Positions 55,012-61,236 of a DNA stretch of 64,000 nucleotides are shown in pieces (within the stretch, counting starts at the first letter, position 1; each line of letters opens with the position of its first letter). This stretch comes from Candidatus Anoxychlamydiales bacterium (GTDB lineage Bacteria > Chlamydiota > Chlamydiia > Chlamydiales > SM23-39): NCBI GenBank assembly GCA_011065125.1, contig JAAKFI010000001.1, positions 25,964-89,963 of the forward strand, given 5' to 3'. The notes beneath the pieces are model-generated. The model worked only from the letters and a program-made list of their open reading frames with translations. It was not told the DNA's origin and searched no databases. The position numbers were made by a program, and so were the translations under genes.

Positions 55012-55850
55012 AACTTTATTTTCTTTGAAAACCAGAATGGCAGTAAATAAGCTATAGGTTTTGTTTCAATCAATATAACATCTACATCAGATAAAGTTCC
55101 AAGAGGTATATCATCAGCTAAAGGAGGTTCAATTTTAGACTCTGCATATAAAGGATAAACAATAATGGGTATCACAGGACCGTCTTTAGTAAAATAATCA
55201 TAAAAACGTTTACCTAAAAGTATTTTGTTAAAATAAGTTTCATCAGCAGGAATATAGGATATTTTTTCCACTCTGCCATAAAATTGTTTTTTTTCATTAG
55301 GCTCTAATGCCCATGAAAAGATTTTTACTTTCATATTGTTTCGTATTTTATCACCTTCTTTAAAAGGAATGAAACAATAGAATTTCTCATGGTTGCTTTT
55401 GAAATAGTTGTTAGATTTTTGTAATTCTATCAATATCTGATTTTTTAATGCTGTATCTCCATTATTTAGATAGATATTAGTGATTAGACCATCATAAGGA
55501 GATTTTATATTAATTTTTTCATTTGTTTGTAGATCTTGTATAACAGCTACTATATCATCCTTTTTGACCTTTGATCCAATAAATTCTTTTACATCAACTA
55601 TGCCTTTAGAAGGTGAAACAATAGATTCTATTTTTGAAAAATCTAAGAAAATACCCTTTCCATCTGCAATAGTTGTTATTTTCCCCAAAAAAGCCCATGA
55701 TATAATTGAAATTATAATAATAATCCCAACAATTAAAGCTATCCAATCTTTTGGTTTAACAATGATTAAGAGTTTATCTAACTCTTCTAATGAAGATATA
55801 TTTTCAAGTGCTTTTTTTCTGAATATTGATTTTTTTTCTTCCTTAATCAT
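55008..55850 (-). CDS. NHLP bacteriocin-system secretion protein (HlyD-like, TIGR03794-like), short form
   Basis: IFRKKALENISSLEELDKLL...PKDW N-terminus, TM helix, lipoyl-like halves (SPSKG...IKSPYDG), KPIAYLLP C-terminus. Confidence 0.88.
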   Translation of the reverse strand: MIKEEKKSIFRKKALENISSLEELDKLLIIVKPKDWIALIVGIIIIISIISWAFLGKITTIADGKGIFLDFSKIESIVSPSKGIVDVKEFIGSKVKKDDIVAVIQDLQTNEKINIKSPYDGLITNIYLNNGDTALKNQILIELQKSNNYFKSNHEKFYCFIPFKEGDKIRNNMKVKIFSWALEPNEKKQFYGRVEKISYIPADETYFNKILLGKRFYDYFTKDGPVIPIIVYPLYAESKIEPPLADDIPLGTLSDVDVILIETKPIAYLLPFWFSKKIKL

Positions 55851-56035
55851 AATTACCAGCCTAATTTCTTTAATATAATAATACTACTAATTAATTAGCA
55901 AGTATTTGAATAATTAATAGAATCTTTACTATATATGTAGATTTGTGTAGTTTTTTAGAAGCGATGAAAAAAAATTAGAAATTTATATTTTGATGAAATC
56001 AGAAAGAGGATCTCATGAAATAAAATCTGAATTTA

Positions 56036-56133
56036 GGTGAGTAGAGCGATGGCCCCCCCCCCTCAGCCTCTTGCAGAACCGTACGTGAGACTTTCGTCTC
56101 GTACGACTCCCATCAAGCAAATACACCTATCAA
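56036..56133 (-). mobile_element. Group II intron 3' remnant (domains V and VI), probably bacterial class D-like
   Basis: Minus strand GAGTCGTACGAGACGAAAGTCTCACGTACGGTTC (34-nt D5 with GAAA tetraloop and AC bulge), then TGCAAGAGGCTGAG10CCATCGCTCTACTCACC; preceded by codons LIGVFA*; no RT ORF. Confidence 0.85.
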
Positions 56134-56269
56134 GTTTTAAACAAGATTTCTTTTTTTGATGACCTAAAAAAAAAGAACATGACTAATTTCACAGCTAAAG
56201 CTATAGGCATACGCCGTTTTCTTTTTCGCTCAGATACATTCTTTTTAATAATATATTGTTTAGAATTTG

Positions 56270-57244
56270 TTAATTTTTTTTAGCAATGTATACTTGCCAT
56301 CCTAAAACATCATTTATACCTACTTTAAAAATAGGAAAAAATGTATTAATAACTTTAAAACCAATTTTTTTCAAATCAGATGAATTTATCAATGACATAG
56401 TTTTACAAATTAAAATAATGTAGCCATTGAGATTTAAAAAATTATAGGCATTTTTTAAAAATTCAATGGCATTTTGGTGTTCTATTACGCCCTTTGCAAT
56501 CATTCCAGATCCAATGATTACATCTACTTTATCATCAAAAAAAATAGACTTTGAAATATCTTTATATTCAATTATTGCATTTTTATAATCCTTTAGTCTT
56601 ATTTTTATTTCATCCAAAATATTTTTGTTATCATACATATAATCCCATAGATAATAATTGGATATTTTGTCAGAAAAAGAGTTCAAAATCATTTTGGCTA
56701 AAAGACCATTTCCAGAGCCTATTTCTAAAATTTTATTTTTATTTTTTTTTTGTAAAATTAACTTCATTATTTCATAAAAAAAAGGATGAATAAAATTTTC
56801 ATAAATAGTGCGTAAATTAGGCTTAAAATAATCAAGCCAGTATTCTTTTTGTTTTAATGCAAAATTACTTTGAGAGTGGCTTTCTATCTCATTGCCATTT
56901 AAAAAATAAGATAATTTTGCAAGATTGTCTGTAATAGATTCAATTGTTTTTCTATCGGTAATAAAATACCTATTTTTTCCTTCGTCAATGACCAGATCTT
57001 TTTCCCAATAAAATTTATTTTCATGAAGAGAAATAAAATGAACTTTAAAAGATATATTTTTAAAATTAATAAAATAATTTATGTCTGAAAAACTATGTTT
57101 TATCTTAGCTTTATCAAAAGCTATATTAGATTTTTTTGCATCAGATAATATTTGATCAATAATTTTAAAAATTTCAGATGCATTAGCTTTTTTTTTGGGT
57201 TGAATTACTAGTTCATCAGAGATTTGAATATCAAATTTCAGCAT
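56270..57244 (-). CDS. Class I SAM-dependent methyltransferase with ~130 aa N-terminal extension
   Basis: Motif I KILEIGSGNG, YKDI, VDVIIGSG, LNLNGYIIL; start overlaps the radical SAM gene's end. Confidence 0.85.
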   Translation of the reverse strand: MLKFDIQISDELVIQPKKKANASEIFKIIDQILSDAKKSNIAFDKAKIKHSFSDINYFINFKNISFKVHFISLHENKFYWEKDLVIDEGKNRYFITDRKTIESITDNLAKLSYFLNGNEIESHSQSNFALKQKEYWLDYFKPNLRTIYENFIHPFFYEIMKLILQKKNKNKILEIGSGNGLLAKMILNSFSDKISNYYLWDYMYDNKNILDEIKIRLKDYKNAIIEYKDISKSIFFDDKVDVIIGSGMIAKGVIEHQNAIEFLKNAYNFLNLNGYIILICKTMSLINSSDLKKIGFKVINTFFPIFKVGINDVLGWQVYIAKKN

Positions 57245-58661
57245 TAAAAACCTCGGAACCTTTTTTGATAAGTTGTTCTATTTGATAGTTTTTTATTTGA
57301 TTAGCAAATAAATCTCTTCTAAATAAATTATGTACTTTTTCAGAGTCATTAAAGGAAAAAATTAACCAGGAGAGCTCCTCATCTGTTACAATCAATTTAT
57401 TTTCGCTTAAATACTTATTAGGATCTAATAAAAAAAAATCTATATTTTTTTTTGAATTATAAATATTTAAATAAGCTTTTTGAAATGTTTTTTCTTTAAA
57501 AATATATTTTGTTTTATCAAAAAGATTATATTTTGATGATATAAAATCCCATTCTTGTTGAAAGTTTGTATTTAAATCTGGTTCTTTTCTTTCTATCTTT
57601 TTTAGATTAACTTTTCTTTTAATTTTGTCGATAAAACAAAAAGGATTTTCTGCAAAAGGATCCTTAGTATTTGCAAAAACTTTTGATGGACAGCCTCGAC
57701 AAACAGTATAAAAATGGCAATTTCCACATGCAGCATAATATTTAGCTCTTCTTAATTTTTTTAAGTAAATATTACCTAAAAAAACCTCTTCAAAACTTTG
57801 CTGAGGTAATTTACCTATGTTAATAGGAAGAAGTTTACAAGCATAGGCTCCACCATCAGGTCCTATTTGAGGAGGAGTAAATCCTGTAGAACATCCTAAT
57901 AGAAAATCAGGGTTCGGTATTGGTAAATATTTTCCTCTTTCAAAGAGTATAAGTTTTAATAAATGGGCATCATGATTAAATCTTAATTTGCAATTTTGTT
58001 TTTGAAGTTCATCTTTTGTATCAAGATATTTGGATAAAATTTCATAAAGTTCATCGGGAGTAAATGAAGTTAAGTTTTTTCTAGCATTTCCAATAGCACA
58101 TCCAACTGCAAACGAAAATTTTTCCAATTTTGTATCTTTTGCTAAAAATTTAATTAGTGGAATAAAAGAGTCTTTATTTGACGGATAAAGTGTAAATCTA
58201 ACTGATGATGCGAATCCAAAATCATTTATTAAATTAAGTGCATTAAGAGTATTTTTAAAACTTCCTTTTCTTCTGGTAAGATCATGATCTTTTTCTAATC
58301 CATCTAAACTTAATTGAATTTCTTTAACATTAAAATCTTTTAATTTTTTTAAATTTTTTTCAGTTAAAGATTCAGGATTTGCCAAGACTCTGATATTATC
58401 ACTTTTTTTTTGTAGTTCTTGAAAAAATTCTTCCCAATCTTTTCTGAGTAGTGGATCTCCACCTGTTATATTAAAATCAGACATCTTTACATTATATTTT
58501 TTTTCAAAGTCTTCAATTTGATCAAGGATCTTTACTAAATCTCTTATAGGAAGAGCATTTTTTCTTTCATTTTCATAAATAGAATCTTCATGCATATAAC
58601 AATGTTTACAGTTATTATTACAACTAGTTGTTATGCTCATGAGAATTCTAAATTTAAACAT
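57231..58661 (-). CDS. Radical SAM/SPASM domain peptide maturase
   Basis: CNNNCKHC, ITGGDPLL, QLSLDG...HD..R..GSF; SPASM GCSTG...GGAYAC...CGNC.....CRGCP...NPFC; RBS AAGGAG. Confidence 0.93.
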   Translation of the reverse strand: MFKFRILMSITTSCNNNCKHCYMHEDSIYENERKNALPIRDLVKILDQIEDFEKKYNVKMSDFNITGGDPLLRKDWEEFFQELQKKSDNIRVLANPESLTEKNLKKLKDFNVKEIQLSLDGLEKDHDLTRRKGSFKNTLNALNLINDFGFASSVRFTLYPSNKDSFIPLIKFLAKDTKLEKFSFAVGCAIGNARKNLTSFTPDELYEILSKYLDTKDELQKQNCKLRFNHDAHLLKLILFERGKYLPIPNPDFLLGCSTGFTPPQIGPDGGAYACKLLPINIGKLPQQSFEEVFLGNIYLKKLRRAKYYAACGNCHFYTVCRGCPSKVFANTKDPFAENPFCFIDKIKRKVNLKKIERKEPDLNTNFQQEWDFISSKYNLFDKTKYIFKEKTFQKAYLNIYNSKKNIDFFLLDPNKYLSENKLIVTDEELSWLIFSFNDSEKVHNLFRRDLFANQIKNYQIEQLIKKGSEVFNAEI

Positions 58662-58864
58662 AAATATCTCCTTTTTCAGATCATTTTTATTTTTTAAGCT
58701 CTATCCTAATATTTAATCTAAAAATTTTATATTATTTTTTTTTCTTATAAGAAAATAAAATTATTTTAACCTTGGATTAACATATTTTTTAAATTGGCAG
58801 CAATCATCCAACAATTAAATTGATTGGTTTTCGATGCCTATTTTACTTTTAAAAGAATTTTAAT

Positions 58865-59056
58865 TTATAGCTGAGCTGCAGCTACATCATCAAAACCGCC
58901 AGCTAATTCTTTTAATTCTTCATGAGATATTTTTTTACCTGAGGATTGATTCAAAACTGCCATCATATTTAGGGTAGCTGCAATTGCTCTTTTTCTATTT
59001 TCTTCATTTTTTAGACCCCATTCTAAAAATTCTTTCCAATTTTTTTTTTGATCCAT
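58865..59056 (-). CDS. Putative RiPP precursor A1 (Nif11-like/double-glycine leader; core FDDVAAAQL)
   Basis: KISHEELKELAGG matches the ELSxEELxxVAGG C39 cleavage motif; RBS AAGGA; paralog of the next ORF. Confidence 0.8.
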   Translation of the reverse strand: MDQKKNWKEFLEWGLKNEENRKRAIAATLNMMAVLNQSSGKKISHEELKELAGGFDDVAAAQL

Positions 59057-59093
59057 ATTGTTTCCTTTTTTTTAGGGTTTAAGATATTATAAA

Positions 59094-59122
59094 TTAATAA
59101 TGTAATAAATTTAGCCTGTCAA
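59094..59122 (-). promoter_or_regulatory. Putative sigma66/70 promoter for precursor A1
   Basis: TTGACA-N17-TATTAA(T) upstream of the RBS. Confidence 0.35.
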
Positions 59123-59144
59123 TTAAATATTTTTAAATTGAATT

Positions 59145-59333
59145 CTAGAGTTTAAATTCCAATTCATCAAAACTGTCAGCTACTTTGTTTAATTCTTCAC
59201 TAGATATTTTTTCATCTGGGGAACGATACAAAATTGCCAACATTTTTAAGCCAGCTGCCATAGCTCTTTTTCTATTTTCTTCATTTTTTAAACCCCACTC
59301 TAAGAATTCTTCCCAAGATTGTTTTGGATTCAT
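59145..59333 (-). CDS. Putative RiPP precursor A2 (paralog of A1; GG replaced by DS; core FDELEFKL)
   Basis: Shares EFLEWGLKNEENRKRA (16 identical aa) and KISxEEL with A1; start placed at MNPKQ (59333), which follows GGAG and aligns with MDQKK. Confidence 0.75.
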   Translation of the reverse strand: MNPKQSWEEFLEWGLKNEENRKRAMAAGLKMLAILYRSPDEKISSEELNKVADSFDELEFKL

Positions 59334-59370
59334 ATTTTTCTCCATTAGTAAATAAATTTGTTTAAAAATT

Positions 59371-59398
59371 ATTTTATTATATATTTTTTTTTAGTCAA
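59371..59398 (-). promoter_or_regulatory. Putative sigma66/70 promoter for precursor A2
   Basis: TTGACT-N16-TAAAAT. Confidence 0.35.
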
Positions 59399-59414
59399 TC
59401 TAAATAATTTAATT

Positions 59415-59640
59415 TTGACATACTCCCACGACTAAAGTCGAGGGATTCTGGTTTTAAGCGGGAATTGCTCTAGCATTTCGAGTCTTATTTTCCCTATTCC
59501 ACAAGACAATGCCCTGTCTTTTTATGTTTCTAGCAGCGTTTTTATCTCTCATTATTGTTTTTTTGCAATGAGGACAAATCCATATTCTATCTTTCAGAGT
59601 TAAATCTTCATTTATGTTGTTGCAGTGATAACAAGTTTCT
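59415..59640 (-). mobile_element. tnpB: IS200/IS605-family remnant: tnpB 3' end plus right-end hairpin
   Basis: TCYHC...WICPHC...RDKNAARNI zinc ribbon and RuvC-III motif; downstream GAATCCCTCGACTTTAGTCGTGGGAGTATGTCAA hairpin ending in TCAA. Confidence 0.85.
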
Positions 59641-59922
59641 CTAAGTTGATATTTTTTCTTTGCCAATACATTTTCAAAGCTTCTAAAACAATATCCATCC
59701 CAATCTTATTTCGAAATTTGATACAATCAATTAAAGTCTTTTCAATATCAAAAAATTTAACAATAATGCCGCCTATTTTATGCACATAGACTCCCGTAGT
59801 CAAAAGTTTTTCTGAATACCAAAAAAACGCATTGGAGGATAAGAAATAACAGGTTTATGAGCATCTTTAGGTAATGCCACATAAACAAAATGTGGAATTT
59901 GGGTTGTGATTTCATGGAAAGA
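59633..59922 (-). pseudogene. Type IV toxin-antitoxin AbiEi-family antitoxin, internal frameshifted fragment
   Basis: SFHEITTQIPHFVYVALP...YPPMRFF in one frame, EKTLIDCIKFRNKIGMDIVLEALKMY in another; both ends missing. Confidence 0.8.
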
Positions 59923-59971
59923 TATTTTTTCAATCGTTGTAATATATGAAACTAAACACTGATTACTACAT

Positions 59972-60184
59972 ATGAAATCAAAATTAATAAAAGAATTAAA
60001 TTTTTGCATAAAACTTTGGGATGAAAAAGTGTATTGTAATTTTGGAAGAAAAATACAATGTGCAAATTGTGCAGCTCCTTATTTGCTATATAAATTAATT
60101 TCAAAAAAAGTTCTTCATGATGAAAAAGTGCCAAGATTGTCATTAGAAGATTGGAAAAAACTGTTAGATACTAAAATTTTTTAA
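59972..60184 (+). CDS. Small Cys-containing hypothetical protein
   Basis: 70 aa, C-x9-C-x7-CxxC-AAPYLL; protein-like composition, unlike the antisense ORFs. Confidence 0.55.
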   Translation: MKSKLIKELNFCIKLWDEKVYCNFGRKIQCANCAAPYLLYKLISKKVLHDEKVPRLSLEDWKKLLDTKIF

Positions 60185-60348
60185 ATGTTAGCAAAAGGTC
60201 AAATTTCTATAAATGGTGCAAAAGCGATGCCCCGATTTAGACATTGAACCAACATTATCCAGTAAAATCCAATAGATTTTTAATCTTATCTTATTTATTT
60301 ATGTTCATAGCGATTGGATGTTGTTGAATAAATGGGAATATTCCCTCC

Positions 60349-60395
60349 CTCATAATCCGTCGGTCACAGGTTCAAGTCCTCTTTGCCCCATTTTT
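60349..60395 (+). repeat. att-site direct repeat (3' half of the tRNA-CAT)
   Basis: CTCATAATCCGTCGGTCACAGGTTCAAGTCCTCTTTGCCCCATTTTT versus 49562-49608, 6 mismatches. Confidence 0.9.
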
Positions 60396-60423
60396 CAAAC
60401 AGCTAAAAAAAACAGCTTCTATT

Positions 60424-61105
60424 TTATTTTTTTTGTGATATTTCATACGTGTCCCCCTTTTGTGGCTTGCAGTGTGTCTCCTTAATTAAAATACTTAAAA
60501 CAATTCCCCCCAAAAATACCTAAAGGAATTATAGACAAAGCTCTAAAAAAAGCAGTTCCCTGCGCTTCTATGCCATGCACAGCAAATTTAGCTAAAGTCG
60601 CATCTAAAATACCACCAACTAAAGGTAAGGCCAGACCATAACCAATAGCAGCAACAACTAATCCAGCAAAACTCATCGCAGTAGCCATCACCCTTGGTCT
60701 GTTATTTTCTCCAATTATAGGATAACCAATCACTTGGGCTGCAGAACTAAAACCAAGTAGAAAAAAGAGTAAATATAAAAGACAATATGACAAATGCGGT
60801 GTATATAAAATAACCAGCATAAAAAATAAGCAACAAAAAGCACCTAAAATCATCGGCGGTTTTCTTCTTCGTATTTTATCAGAAATCCAAGCAAAAATAG
60901 GTGCACCGATAATATAGCCGATAAAAAGCATGGAAGTAACCCCTGCTGCTTGTAGATTAGTTAAATGATGCACTTTAGCTAGATAAGAAATGCCAAAAAG
61001 AGCACCCAATACTGAAATCGGCAGGTTAAGAAAACAGATATAAAAACTGCCTAACCAATTTTGTTTTTGTTTTATAATTTCTTTGAGCCCGTCCCAGACC
61101 GAAAG
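60424..61105 (-). pseudogene. MFS transporter pseudogene (C-terminal half only, frameshifted)
   Basis: Begins at the central loop (SVWDGLKEIIKQKQNW); motif WISDKIRRRKP; frameshift in a G6 tract near 60506-60511, after which another frame gives ...LIKETHCKPQ; in-frame stop upstream. Confidence 0.75.
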
Positions 61106-61236
61106 CTTTAGAGCTCTTTTTAAATTTTTTTCTTCATTTAAAAAATTTAATTTTTAATAAAATTTCAGATATAACATTTTTAAAATCAATCTTATCCTTT
61201 TGAAAAATAGAAATAAAAAAAGTTTCCTAAAGAAAT

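Larger units (their letters stand above)
49562..60395. mobile_element. tRNA(CAT)-integrated genomic island (~10.8 kb), no intact integrase seen
   Basis: Flanking direct repeats 49562-49608 and 60349-60395 (41/47 identical, starting in the anticodon loop); non-core cargo and several mobile-element remnants inside. Confidence 0.85.

Noticed and set aside
56036..56270. Active group II intron, retron/DGR or IStron
   Set aside because: No reverse transcriptase in the window, no room for D1-D4, and the catalytic triad is altered
58761..58814. Minus-strand micro-ORF LLDDCCQFKKYVNPRLK as a Cys-containing third precursor
   Set aside because: TTG start directly after a stop, no RBS and no leader; overlaps the hairpin
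59454..59666. 70 aa ORF as an intact zinc-finger protein or Cys-rich RiPP substrate
   Set aside because: Chimera of out-of-frame AbiEi sequence and the tnpB 3' end
59952..60143. Minus-strand 63 aa ORF
   Set aside because: Antisense to the more protein-like 59972-60184 ORF
60349..60395. Second tRNA gene
   Set aside because: Only the 3' half is present, with no D arm or 5' acceptor strand; treated as an att repeat
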